DNA of 64,000 nt from Lama glama (GCA_028534125.1 CM052818.1:1366001-1430000); one strand, 5' to 3'. Positions 13,711-27,211 are shown, counted from the stretch's first letter. Notes: generated from the sequence alone by a model not told the origin. A program made the numbers and translations.

Positions 13711-16139
13711 TCAGCACTTTTTAATGATATCTTTCCATCATCTTCTTGCATACATAATTTGGATGACAAATCTGCAGTCTTTTTTTTTTTTTTTGGTTTG
13801 TTTTCTTTGCATATAATATATTCTTTTTTCCCTTCTCTTTTGTTTTTAAGTTTTTTTTTTCTCTTTTGTTGCTGGTTTTCAGCAACTCCAAGAAGCCTGT
13901 TCTGACTAATCCAGTTCCACTCTGAACACTAATTTACATTTGCTGAAATGCAAAGTGTAAAGATTTACATGAATAGATTTAAACTTGCATTAATTTCTAT
14001 CCAGGTATGTAATTACCTTTAGTTGTGTTTCCTTGTGCATTTCCTTATTAATTGCAGCATGGGCTCCCTCAAAAGGAAGCATTCTTGTCTTTTTCTTTTT
14101 AGTAAATTCTCAATAAGTACTCATTAAATGAGCATATTATGGTAAACTGTCCAAACCACCTGGTATATAGCCAATTTTCATAAGTTTCTACAGTTTTTAT
14201 TTAACTTGCTATGGTCATTTTATTATTTGCTTATTATATTGATTAATAGTCAAATTTCTCCTGGCTTTTAAAATTTTATTTCTTCCAGTTTAGTATATCT
14301 TGCTCCCATTTTCCCTCATTAAGTAAATAATCAAGTTAATTTTTAGATTGGAGAACTAGAGTGTGTAAGTGATATTCCATAGCTTTGGGAGAGTAACCAA
14401 AGCATAACCCTTTGGAGAAGTAATTTAATGGTAAGCAGTCTTTGTTTCTTCAGTGACGTTTGGGCCATATTGCACCATCATTTTGTTGACTTCAGAGGTG
14501 AGCTGTGGAGGGTATCAGATTCTCTAAAGAAGTTGTATGATCCAGACCAGGTTGACTGATAATAGACAATTAATAGTAGATGAGTAATGAAAATATGCAC
14601 TAGGCTTCAGGCAGATGGCTAGCAAATGATCTAGCAAATTTAATGAGTCATTTCTGAAAGGAAGGCAGTATCCTTTTCCCACAATCACCCATCGTAATTC
14701 CTTAATTCCTTGCATTGAATCAATCATTCAGTTTTAGTGACCTCTCTTTTCAGAAAGATGTCTCTTAATGTGTTAAGCTAGTCTGTCTCCAGCCTTTATA
14801 GTTTGAGTTTTGGTATCACTCATTCTGTTGAATTTTATTTTGATTGTTTTTTTTGTTTTTATTATTCCAAATAAATCCATATAGATCAAGATTGTTTCAA
14901 ATCTTATGTTTACCTTTCAAAGTATTAAAAATAAGATCATTTTAGTGTCATTTATGTAGTTGAACATATATTTGATTTCTTAGTCTAGGTATAAACTAAA
15001 ATGATTGACTAGAGTAAATGCTAAGATGACTCCATGTAGAGATGGTTAATGACAGAAGTAAACTCTTAATCAAAGACCATGACCATTATTTGCATTAACC
15101 CTATCTTGGAACACAAAGCGCTGTATAGCAAGGCTGACTGTGATAGGCCAGGGCAGTGTTTCAGAAGTATGATTCAGATCATTGGTTCTGGATGCTAGCA
15201 TTTGAAAATGATTTCTTGATGGAGCATATGTGACCTTGGAATTATGAACTGTTGTAGAATTTCTTTTCAAGGGAAGGAGCATATGAGTGGGAGGGTAAAC
15301 AAAATTGTTTGTTAATAATTTGCTGTAAAGATAATTTATTACAGTTTAAAATTAAACAGCTCAGGAGGCCTAAAATTTATCTCACTTGGTTCTCACGGGT
15401 GTTTCTCCCTGACACATGGTGTGAATCAACTGTCCTTCCAACTTGAAAGCAGAGAGCCCGCTGACGCAACTCCTTTGTTCTGGGGGAATTGTTTCCACTG
15501 TGCCTTCAAACAGGAGGGACGTTAAAAGTTTTGGCAAGTTCTCTCCAATTTGGACGCAGTTGGGGGGCTGAATATTGGCTAAAGGAAGCCAGGTTGGTGA
15601 CTTCTACATCCTGGACTTTGTTTTTTTTTTTTTTTTTTGAGATTGAACATTAGCATTTACAAGCTTTCTACTTGACTTTATGTGATTAACAGTCCTTCCT
15701 TTCTCCGTTAGATGGAGCCAGAAAAGTCTCACATATGTTGGTATTTCCATGATTCTCCTTTCTTTGACCCTTGAGTTTCTTGGGTTTCTTCCCCAGTTGA
15801 GTTTTCTTGTGAAAATATTCGTGTACCTAGTTAACAAAGGGAAACATGGAAATAGAAGGTTGAATGACAAAATCATGTCTCAGAAGATCTCAGAAGACTG
15901 GAGAAAGGACTGTAATTGTAATGGGTAGTAAGTAGTAGATTCAGAACATCAACTGAATGAGTATAGCAATATATAAGAATAAAGGATTTTATGTGACTTT
16001 AAGCTCAATATGCAGTGTGATATGCTTGCCCAAAACGCTAAAGCATTATTGTTAAGTTGTTTTAATAGAAGCCAAATAACAAAGTTAAAGGAGATGTGTC
16101 TTCTTTTCCTAGTTTGACCATAGTTGATTTTTAAAATTG

Positions 16140-16395
16140 CTAATACTTATAGCATGCTTTCTGTGTGGCACACAGTGTTTTGTAAACTTTACTTATATTA
16201 TGCCATTTAATCTTCACACAGCAACTTTATGAAATGGTAGTTATTATTAACTGCATTTTATGGATGTGGAAACTGAAGTACAGAGAAGTTTAATAACTGT
16301 CCCAAGGTCATGCAGTTAATAAGTAGCAGACGGATACTTGAATCCAGGATGTCTGGCTTTGAAGCCTGTGCTCTTGACCGCTGTATTATGCTGCC
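16140..16395 (-). mobile_element. MIR SINE, near full length
   Basis: catttaatcttcacac...cattttatggatgtggaaactgaagtacagagaagtt...cccaaggtcatgcag. Confidence 0.8.
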
Positions 16396-16406
16396 TCTTC
16401 TGTTAC

Positions 16407-16581
16407 TTTTTTTTTTTTAAGTTTCTTTTCTTTTTTTTAACAAGTGCTTTTTTTGTTGTTGTTTGTTTTTTGGGAGGGAGGTAATAGGTTTATTTATTTA
16501 TTTATTTTAATAGAGTTACTGGAGATTGAACCCAGGACGTCATGCATACTATAAGCACGAGCTATATCCCCTCACCCCCCC
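16407..16581 (-). mobile_element. Vic-1-like SINE with deleted A-box region and long degenerate tail
   Basis: gggaggtaataggtttatttattt...tactggagattgaacccaggac..catgcat...gagctatatcccc. Confidence 0.8.
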
Positions 16582-17749
16582 TTACATTTTAAGAAGACTG
16601 TTAACTACGCAGTGGATCCAGAGGATAAAAACCTGAATTGCTGCTTGTATGTAGAATAGTTGAATAATTTGGATCTTTTAGTCTAGAGAAGGGAAGGGAG
16701 GGATCAAGAACTTGTTTCTGGTGGTCATTTGAGGGCAAAAATGAGTGGTGAAGATTATAGGAAGGCAAATTTTATTTTTTTATAAGAACTTTACAGCAGC
16801 TGTTGAAATGAGATTGGTTGCCTGGTAATGAACTTCCCTTTAATAGTGGTGTTTCAGCTGAAGCTGGACAAGTATGTGATAGAGATATTTAAAAAAAATT
16901 GAACTTGTGCCTGAATTTGTGCTCAGTCATCTCTGGGGTTCCCTTTTTTCTGTACTTTCCTATATTTCTTTATTAAAGAGAGATCTTTAAAATGGGCTAG
17001 TCTATTCTGTCCTTAAGCAAATGCTTCTATGAAAAAAAGACACAGTATTGATTGCTAATGTAAACAAGGACTCACGATGTGAGAGGAGGGGTGTGTCCTG
17101 ATTTATTTTTGTCTAAAACATGAAGATTTTTTGTAAATAGCTTTATGGTGTTGGTAGGGAGTTCTTTGCATATCATGTTAATGGAATAGGGAACAATAGA
17201 AAATAATGACTACTCCAGTAGGATTATTTTTGAGCAGTAAATGAGTTAGTGTATGTAAAATGTTCAACAGTGGGCTTGGTACATATTTTTAAAATGCTTT
17301 TATTTAATATTATTTTATAATTTTGAGCTGGATTTATCTTTTAATGTGGTAGGTGATATTGGTACAGTAATACAGTAAGATTTCCTAGACTGAGTTGCTG
17401 GATGGTTAAATGATTGATCTTTACTTTTCTATGCTTTTCTTATGGCTTGGTATTATAAGTAACTTTTCCCCCTCATGTTTTTGAATCATTATTACAAACT
17501 CAGACACACACCTCAGACTTGTTTCAAAACCATTATCAGTTACAAATCAACGTAGTTGTTCCACACGGTGTGGGGTAGGATTTCTCTGCATACCCCTATG
17601 ATAACCATTTAATGAACACTCGATCCAGGTCAGAAACAGTAATGAAAAATTGCTGAAAAGCAGGACATTTAGCATTGTCCTTTGCTCAGCTTTCCATGAC
17701 TGTACATTACAGTGTCTAGTCTTGGTATGGGACTGTTTATCATTATGAC

Positions 17750-18244
17750 TGTGAATGAAAAATACTGCAAACCATATCAATAAACAAAGAATGCTGAAGC
17801 CATCAAGTCATCAGCAGCTGCCACCAACCTCCAGTGAAGACAAGCCTGCAGCCCAGCCTCTGCAGCCACTCACTATGGTGCACTCTGAGAGGACTCAGAA
17901 TGAGAAAAGGCAAGATACTGGCCCTAGATAGCTGGCTGCTTGTCAAAGGAATGAATTTAATGAGCCCAAATATTTGCTCCCTCCCATAGGTAGAAAAGTG
18001 CTAAATTCTTTAACTTGAAATATCTGGTTTTCTTCAGTTAGTAAGTAATCTTTTAATGTTCTGACTACCTGGTCTTTATTGTAAACTCCTGTATATCTTA
18101 GCTCCTCCAATACCTCTTTGAAGCAATCCCTCACAGCGGTCTGGGAGGCTGTCATCCCGGGCTTGAAGAGGTTCACGTCCTCAGATTTGTCCACCGAATA
18201 AAACATAACTTAATTTTTAGGTTGTGCGTTTATTTCAGTCAACA
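17750..18244 (+). mobile_element. ERV1-class solo LTR (artiodactyl type)
   Basis: TG...CA termini (TGTGAATGAAAA...TTTCAGTCAACA), imperfect 4-bp TSD TGAC/TGAT, AATAAA at 18197-18202. Confidence 0.75.
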
Positions 18245-19689
18245 TGATACAGAATTCTTACAACTTTTATGTTCTACCAAATACAAATCTTTAACAGACA
18301 TCATTCTGCCTTCCCCCTTAAAAAAAGAAAGACTTTTCTGACAAATTTTTTCTTTCTTTTGAGAGTTAGCTTGGTAATTTGGAGCATGTAACCATGATGT
18401 TTGGGAGCTATCTAACTGTTTCCATTGTTGCAGCCTGATTGTCCATGGTTTAATCATCAGTAGTTAAGAAGGAAAGCAAAAAATGGCTCCAGGCTGCACA
18501 GTACCATAAAATATTTCCACCTGGAAGCAATTTTTTTTTTCTAAAAACCCTTAGGGACTGGTGTCACTCTCCCCCTTCTGTTGGCAGCAAGGGCCAGAAA
18601 CACCAGTTCCCTTCAGGGCCAGGTCTTATTACAATTTAATCATCTTTCTTCTAGCTTCCAGAGAAGGTTTGAGGAGAGCTAGGGAAATAAGAAATTATTC
18701 CCAGACACTTCTCTTTTCCTACAGAAGAGTTCCTTGAGCCTTCTTTTCTTCCTCTAATTCCTTCTTTTTCTATTTAGCATTTTAGCTGAAGTACAAATTA
18801 TTTGCACTGCTAGGACTTGAATTTACTTTTTAAGCAAGAGTGTTTATTATTAACTCTAGTGCTTGTCTTTGGAGAAAGTTTAAGTGTTGAAACATTTTTG
18901 GGCACTGCTTCAGGCCCTTTGTCACTCTGTAATGTCTTCTCTGTGGGAGGTGGGCACTGTTCCAGGTGTAAACCCTCAAGGAACTCACAGTCCTGTAGGG
19001 GAGATAGACTTGTAAATAAATCATTACCCTGTAGAGTGCTCAGTCTAGTACCCTTTTAAAAATATGAACAGATAAACATTTCAAAACAAGAGTATCAACT
19101 CAGCTTTCCATCAGTGAATGCCATTAGTGGTAGTGCTTAATTTCTAGGATGATGCTAGTCGTTTGTTTAAAACCTTTAAGGCAAAACAAGACGATCGTAC
19201 TTCCGGTGAAATTTACCTCAAACAACACGTGGTTTCATAGGTTCAAGGGCAGTTCAGATCTGCAAAGTGTCAAAGTGTGGGCCAGATGGTAAATGAAGAT
19301 ACTGTGGCTGTTAAGGAATCTCACTTACCTTGTATCACTTCTTATCAAGAATGGGGATAGATGTTTCAGCAGATTCTGTTTCTTCATTTTTTTAAAAATG
19401 GAATTTTAGATATATTCCTTAAAAATCAGCTGTTACATGCTGCAGCAGGTTTTTAGTGTAGTTGAAGTTGTCTTCCCTTGGGAAAAGATGGGTAATATCA
19501 ATGTTATCAGTAAGTAGGGGAAAAGTAACCTTCAACATGAATCTTCAAAAATGGACTCACAGTACTATTTGGTGTAAGTGCCTCCAGAGAGTGCAAGCTT
19601 GAATTCTCTCTGGTTTTATGAACAGTTTCTTAGGTTCTATCTAGTTTGTAAGGGTGGGGCGGGTTCTATATCAGGTTCTAGTAGTTGTA

Positions 19690-21330
19690 GTAGGAAGGGA
19701 GGTTTTATAGAAGGGGTGCTTTGTGAGCTGCATCTTGAAGGACGAGGAGGAATTTACTAGGTAAAGTGATAATAATAAGGAGATTCTGAGCAGAGGGACT
19801 ACAAAGAACACTCAAGGAACTTCAAGTAGAGTTGTAGAGTGAATGTGGGGAGTAGTCAGTGATAAATCTATGCATGGAGGGGTCTTATATACTATGCTAG
19901 GGACTTTGGATTTAATCCTGAGGCAGGGTTTAATCTTAAATTGTGGTGTGTGTGTGTCTGTATGTGTTTCATAATCATTTCATTTAAAGGAGATTACTGT
20001 GAAAGAAGTATTGAACATGGATTTTTAGGGAAGAAAGAAGAGGGAGGTGAAAACAGTTGCTCAGAAGAGAGATAATGACATGAAGCAAGGCAGTAGCAGG
20101 GGCAGATGGGGAGGAAGAAAAGTGCAGAAGAGATATTATGAAATTAGAATTGGTAGGTCTTGGTGATTGATTGATTAGTTGGAGGGAGGTGTGAGGTGGA
20201 GTGAGGAGTCCAGGTTAATCTCTGTATTTCTACTTCGGGTAACTGGGTAGCTGGTGGTACCTTCAATTGCTATGGTGAATATAGGAGGGAAGTGTAGGTT
20301 TGAGTAGAAAGCTACTCATTTCAACTTTTGACATGTGCTGTTTGAGGTGTTTTTTGAGGATGAATGGTAGTTGAATATTCAGGTTTATAGGATTTAACAG
20401 AGATATGCCTTATATTGATTTTGGAACCAAAGGTGTTTAATTAACAGTGAAAGCTGAAGTATTGATGATATCTCCAAAGGAGTATGAAGAGTGAGAAGAG
20501 ATGAGTGCTAAGCAGGTACTGAGAACATGCAGGAAGAAGAATTATTGAAGACTGAGATGGGGAATGTAATGGAAGCCCTGGGAGTAGATATTTAAGAATG
20601 AAGAAAGGGTTGGCACAAAAGAAGAGTCAAGTAAATGATGAATTGAAGAATGAATATTTGATTTGCCAATTGGTAGGCTTTTATTGTCTTTACCAAGAGT
20701 AAGTTCATTGGGTGATGTGGGTAAGAAACAGATTACGCCGGGTTGAAGAGCAAATACAATTTGACGAAATGGAGGCAATGAGTGTAGGCTGCTCTTAAAA
20801 GAATCTTACCTGTGAAAGGAGAAAGGGAGAGAAAGGATACCAGAAGGAAAAATTGTCAGAAGAGAGATTTTTATTTAATAATACTTTTTTTTTAAAAAAG
20901 AAAAAAAAGGGTCAAGTTAGTTTGTTAAGAGGGGACATGTTTTGTTAAGAAAAAGAAGTCAATAGAGCTGAAACATGAAGTATTGATGGAGTAGCATTCC
21001 TGGAGTAGAGGAGAAATGAGATTTTTAGAACATAGGGTTAGTCTTACACTGAGGTAGTATATCTGTTTCACTGAGAAAGGAAGGCACAAGTGTAAGGGTA
21101 GATAGCGACATAGATAGACTTGTATATTGGAATACAGGAAATTAAGATTGATGCCTAATAAGCATGAATTTTTCCTTATGAAATAGATAGCAGAGTCATT
21201 TGTTGTGAAAGTAAGTTGCAGAATCAAGATTAGGATCTTAAAAAGAATGGCAGCAGTTCGGAATAAATGCTATAGTAGTGGAAGAATGAATTGATAAAAG
21301 ATACATCAAATGTTTGGATGTGCTAAGGGT
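19690..21330 (-). mobile_element. L2 LINE, long degenerate fragment
   Basis: Purine-rich L2 pattern: tgagctgcatcttgaaggacgagga, ggactttggatttaatcctg, tggtgattgattg, ttttgacatgtgctgtttgaggtg. Confidence 0.7.
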
Positions 21331-21648
21331 CCATGTGTTTGTATAATTAGCTTCATCAGTGTAAGCTCACTGCTGCAGTGAGTCATGAAGACAACGGATA
21401 AACACGGCAGTCAGTTCTAAATGCTGATAAATACAGCTGAACAGAGAGGAGCGCCCTTCTTCTTTCAGGGGACTTCTTTTGGTGAGGCTTATAGGTCTGT
21501 CTTTATTTTGAGGATAACAACTTCCTTTTGTCTTTTATCAATTCTGGGAAATTCTCAGCCATTACTTTGAATGCTTTGTTATTTCTTACCAGAACTCCCA
21601 TTAAACCCATCCTGTTCTCCATGTTCTTAATCTTTCTTTAATATTTTC

Positions 21649-22067
21649 TGCTATAGGTTGAGTGTTTGTGGCCCGTGAAAATTAGTATGTTGAAGTCCTA
21701 ACCTCCAAGATGATGGTATTAAGAGTATCAAGAGGTGGAACCTTTGTGGGGGTGATTATGTCATGAGGGCAGACTTCATGAACAGGATTAGTGTTCTGGG
21801 TCCTTATAAGGAGGCCTCAGAGAGCTTGCTTGCCCCTTCTGCCCTGTGAGGACACAAGTTGGCTACCCAAAAGAGGGTCTACACCTGACCATACTGGCAC
21901 CCTGGTCTTCGACTTCCAACCTCTAGAACTGAGAGATAAATTTCTGCCTACTTTGTTCTCCATCATTTCTTAGGATGGAAACTATTCTGAATACCTTTAT
22001 CCATCCAGACGTGCAAAAGTTACCCCATCTGTGAAATTTTGTTATAGCAGCCAAATAGACAAAGACA
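21649..22067 (+). mobile_element. MaLR solo LTR (MLT1A-like) within an old L1 fragment; carries a 62-bp foreign insert
   Basis: TGCTATAGGTTGAGTGTTTGTG...gacttccaacctctagaactg...ttgttatagcagcc...AAGACA. Flanks TTTTC/TTTTG. Confidence 0.85.
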
Positions 22068-25000
22068 TTTTGCGTCTTTTGTCTCTGTGCTGCATTTTTG
22101 TATAAGTTTTATGTATTCTTCCTAGTTAAATATTGTCCCTTCGCATTAATTAAGTTTTAAATATCAATTATTATAGTTTTATTCAAAAAGTTTTGTTTTT
22201 TCCTGTGTGTCTGTTTTTGTTTTTTGTTTTTCTGGTAATTCCCTCATATTTTTAAAAACATATTACACATTTATTTTTAATTTACACATATTTATTTTCC
22301 AGCCTTTGCAAGTCTGGTTCTGTTGTCCATTTGTTGATTCTTGTTTATATGCTTTCTTGTGTGGGTGTCATGGTTTCTGATACTTGAGTTTAGCTCAAAG
22401 GAATGTTATGCGTGAGGTAATTAGACGGATGGGTTAAGATGTATACCTCTAGAGAAGATTTATCTTTGCTTCAGATAGTTTTCTGGGGCACTAACAACAG
22501 ACTGGGACTACTTTTAAAGTAAATTCTCAATTTGAGATCACCAGAGCACACAGATAACATTAGTAGTATGAACATGGGCCCCTGTCTGTGTGAGAAGGCC
22601 AACTTGTGGTTTCAAATGATCATGCCCCACCCAAAGTAAGTAAATTTCCTTTCAGCCTCCTCTTGTGGGGAAGAGTTCTTCTACCTTACCTTTCACTGAG
22701 GGCGTAGCCCTTGGGTATCTTGGTGTTCTTCATTTGGAGGCCTCTGATTAGACCATCCATCTCTTGTGGGCCCTAGGTTTTGTCGCTTGTTCTCTATATG
22801 ACTATAAAATAGAAGCATTAAGTTCTAGGAGATTGGTAGAATGTGGGTTCCTATTCTGATTTTGTTTTAGCCTCTGGTGATTTTCCTTAGCCATGCACTG
22901 AAAAAAGTCTCAGAAACAGAATCGTTCAGTTTTAGGTGTTAGCAGTAGGAAGGTATTTTCATGGTACATCCAGTCTTGCATGTGGTTCATAGAACTTTAC
23001 CCTGTTTTGCCTACTTTGTTCTCCTTCATTTTTTAGGATGGAAACTATTCTGATACCTTTTATCCATCCTCCTTTCAGGCTGCTTGCTTATAGTCTAAAG
23101 GAGTCTTAAATTGTCACTTTTGGCCATGAGGTGTTAAATCGGACCAGGAATTAAATGTGATGTTGGCAAGTCTGGTTCTTTCTCAGAAAATCAGAAAAGT
23201 GTGTGTGTGTCTCTGTGTGTGTGTATGTTTTGTGAATATGTGTGTGTATCCCCCCCCACATATACATATAACATACACACTATGTAATACACATTATATA
23301 TGTGTATACAATGTGTATTTTTGTAGGCACATATGCATTATACACAACATACACATTTATAAGTGATGTCACATTTATTACAGTTTGATTTAGTGACTCT
23401 GGGAAGCTTGGTTGATCTTACTTTGTAAGGTCCACATTAAATCTGCATGAATAAGGAGACCAGGACTATTCACTGAAGTGTTTCTAATACCCACCCCCAT
23501 TGGTCTGTTTTTCTGTATTAGTAGCTTTATGATCCCTGTCATTGGAACCATAATAATACCTTTAAGTGTGGAGAGTCTGAACCATTTCTTCGATTTATAG
23601 ACAGTCTTTTAAAATATTTTCTCAGCTCTTCAGAATAATTGTTTAATTAACTACTTAATTTTTTTTGGGAAGGATCTTGAAGGGTTTTTTCTCACATACC
23701 CTAGATTCAGATTCATTATGTTGGTGGTAGATAGTAAGTGAATCAACAGTAGTTTCATTTAGTTCCAACTTTGTTAAACTTGACACTTTAAATTCTGTGC
23801 AATGAAACTGGAGCAAATCTACCAATATTAATTATAAGCCTGTATATATCAACTATATTACTACTCTGCTTTCAGCAGTTTTCCAGGTTAGATTCGGTGG
23901 GTACCACCAGGAGGTAGATGGATTATTTCTTTTATTTGGCAGCAGCATCTGAAACCCAACTTTTAGCTGCCAGATTTTATGACCACCACTGAAAACTGCA
24001 ATGGAATAAATCTTATTGCAGTTAATCCAAATCGATACAGAGGCCAAGATGAAGTCACTAACATATCCTGTGGTGCCTTTGTATCTTCAGTTACTTCTGG
24101 TGATTAATTGCTCTAATAGTGTGACATTATCAATGGTACTAGTTAGGGCAGTCTCTGTATCCTTAATTTGGAGTTTCCTTGCTTTCATTAGTTTATTTCC
24201 TAATAGTCTGTTGTTGATTTGACTGATGTCTTGTGACAAGGTCCCCTTCTCCACTTTCCTGTCCTATTTAACCAGTACCAGGTTTTTGGGAGGCTCTTTG
24301 CCTGGGTGCCATTTGAAACTTCTCCACCGTTTTTATCCCTTTGAAAATAGCCATCATGGAAGTGTGGGGGTTCCCTTCTTACCTTGAGGGAGAGCTCCAT
24401 CCCAGCATTCCTTTGGCTGTATGGGCTGTCTTGCTGAAGCCAGTTGGGTACCTTGGTGTCTGAGAGGGTGAAGAAAGGATCTGAATGTATTTGATCTTCT
24501 GTGGCAGTACAGAAACATTTGGGTCTAGTCTTCAGCTGAGACTTCACTAATTAGCATATGCTTCCCCTGTCATTGATGGGGATATACAGTGATATACATT
24601 CACCTTTATGCACTCAGAGCATCTAAATTACCACAGTAAGGTCAGGGTTAAATCGGTAGACAAACTGAAGTAAGGAAGGGAAGGGACTTTTAAACTCCTC
24701 TTGACCTCCTGGAGTTTCTCTTTCAACATCATGCTCAAATCTGTTTTTCCACTTTATTTTTAACTTTTGGAATAAACAGAAATACTAATGATGCTTTTAT
24801 AGAGCTTAATGAGAAGAAAATGTTTCAGGACTAAAACCATGACAGAAGTTAAAAAACATATATATGAGAAAGAAAAGAACAAAACAAATTCTGGAGTTTT
24901 TTCCTGGATTAATCAAAAACAAAAAGCAAAATGTTCAGGCCTTCGTGTCTTGAAATTCTCCTTGGTTCTGAAAGCATCTCAACAGACAAACTTTGTTTGA

Positions 25001-25479
25001 TATGATATTTTTTTGCATACGTCTTTGAGACAACCAAAAACCCACATCTTAGTTTCCTACCCTTCCTTCTCTTTCTCCATCTTAAGCATACTTAGAGGAG
25101 CTCCTCCATGCCAGTTTCCACGCTAGGAGGGAGATAAGTGGGTAAGACACACTCTCAACCCACAAGGAGATTAACGTTTTAATATGGGGAAATTGACAAG
25201 TGAGTGGGTAATCAGAATATAGTTAAATAAATTCTGTGATGGCATTAACAACAAAGGAGAAGCACATAATGGAGTCCGTGTGACTAGGGAAGGTTTCCTA
25301 GAAAAAGAAAGATGCGAGCTGAGATTTGAAGAGCAAATGGGAGTTAACTCAACTGGAAGAAGAAAGGGAAGCACAGTCTAGTTCCTGGGAACAGGATTCC
25401 TTAGTATTGTGTGCACTTTGACTTGCTGCTGGCTGCTTCTCTGATTTGCCTTCTACCTTTGAAGAATAAACAATGTTAT

Positions 25480-26010
25480 ACACGTAGGATACTTCCTTTT
25501 CAAGTAGCAGAATATTGAGAGAAAGTGGAAATAGGGAATTTCCCTTAAAATAGGAAATTCGTTAATGCACGTAACATGAAGTCTGGAGATAGGACTGTTT
25601 GAGGATTGGTTCAGTATCAAGAACCCTTAGATGTTTTCCATCTTTCCCCTTTGCAGCCTTCAAATTATTGGCAATAATTCCTCTCATCTCAGGATGGTTG
25701 CTGCATCCCCAAGTATTTAGACATGACAATGTCCAAAGTAGGAGAAGCAGTTTCTTTTCTTGCATCCATCAGGAAAGAGGCTTAATCTTGGATCCTCACT
25801 ACCAGACTTTCCTTCCCTTCCATCAGTGAGCTGTGTCACCTGTTAACTGGTCACTGATGAGGGGAATGGAATTACCATGATTGGTTCACAGATTAGTTAG
25901 CATTTACCACTTGCAGTAGTATTGAAAGGTGAAATACCAGAACAAATTGAGACTTTTCGATCAGGGGGAAGAATGGAATAGCTGTCGTGTAGGCACAGCT
26001 AACAGGCAAC
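25480..26010 (-). mobile_element. Old MaLR LTR (MLT1K/L-like)
   Basis: gaagtctggagatagg...ggatggttgctgcatcccca...catgattgg...aacaaattgagactt. Confidence 0.55.
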
Positions 26011-26034
26011 TGACTGACTCATCTTGAAGTGGAA

Positions 26035-26145
26035 GTGTGTGTGTGTGTGTGTGTATGTGTGTGTGTGTGTGTGTGTATGTGTGTGTGTGTATGTGTGTGT
26101 GTGTGTCTTTCTCTCTCTGTCTCTCTCTGTCTCTCTCTGTCTCTC
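26035..26145. repeat. Compound microsatellite (TG)n followed by (CT/CTGT)n
   Basis: Directly visible: about 70 nt of interrupted TG then about 40 nt CT-rich. Confidence 0.95.
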
Positions 26146-27211
26146 TTTTTTAAAAATCCAACCACTTAGCTTTGTGTCAGGCTTCATATTGCATTAATTT
26201 TTCCTAACTGTGTTTTCTTTGGGAGTCAGGCCCAGGTGTATCAGTAACAAGCAGTGTAATTTTGATTAAGGCATTTAACTCTTCTTGGCTTCAGTTCCCT
26301 CCATTGTACAATAAAAGCTTTGTATTCCATTTCCAAGACCTCTTTCAGCTCTAATGTTTTAGGGGGGTCCATGTAACTTTCTTGCTTTCCTTTGCTCTAA
26401 GAGGAGACAGACTGATGTAGTATACAGGACACTTTCTAGCTGCATGAATTTGGCAAGTTACTTCATCTTTTTGGGTTTTAGGTTCCTCAATTATAAAATG
26501 GGAATGTTGTCTAATTTATAAGATGCCTAGGATTTAAATGAGATACCATATGCTCATAGCATTGTTTATTTTTCTCTTTTGACAAACAGATTGGGGCTGA
26601 TGGAGGCTCTGGCAAGTGATACTATCCTGTGCTGATTCAGTACCAGGGAATGATAAATATTTTTGTTGAATAGAATTCCTGAAGTGTTTCATAAGTTAAA
26701 ATCTCTCTCTTAATCTAAGTGGGATGTTTAGAAGTATGTGTCAGATATGAACACTAGGGTAAAACATTGTATTTTTTACAAAAACCTGTGGTTTATTTGG
26801 GATTTTTCGGAAATTAGACTCAAAAAGGCAGCATTTAGGTAGTAGAGTCAAAATTTAGGCTATAAAATGCTGCTAATTTCCAAGCATGTCTTCTTGTTTA
26901 CGTTTCACTAGGTACTGGAATATTCTTTGGATTATCGCAAATATTTTAACCAGTGGTGCAGTTTATTTTGTAGATAGTCTTAACTGTGGCACATCTGTGG
27001 CACATGTGTCAAAAGTACATGACTTTGTTCTTAAGATCGTGCTTCCTGCTAGAAATGGATATTTAAATATTAGAGTACTTTATATAAAATATCACTTAAT
27101 AGTAAGTTATAAGATGTTGGCTAGCAAGTATTGTAGACGATAGTTTTTAAATTTTTAAGTAGTTCCTCTCGGCCACATCACATTTAAGTTTCAAGGAATG
27201 TTACAAATGGA

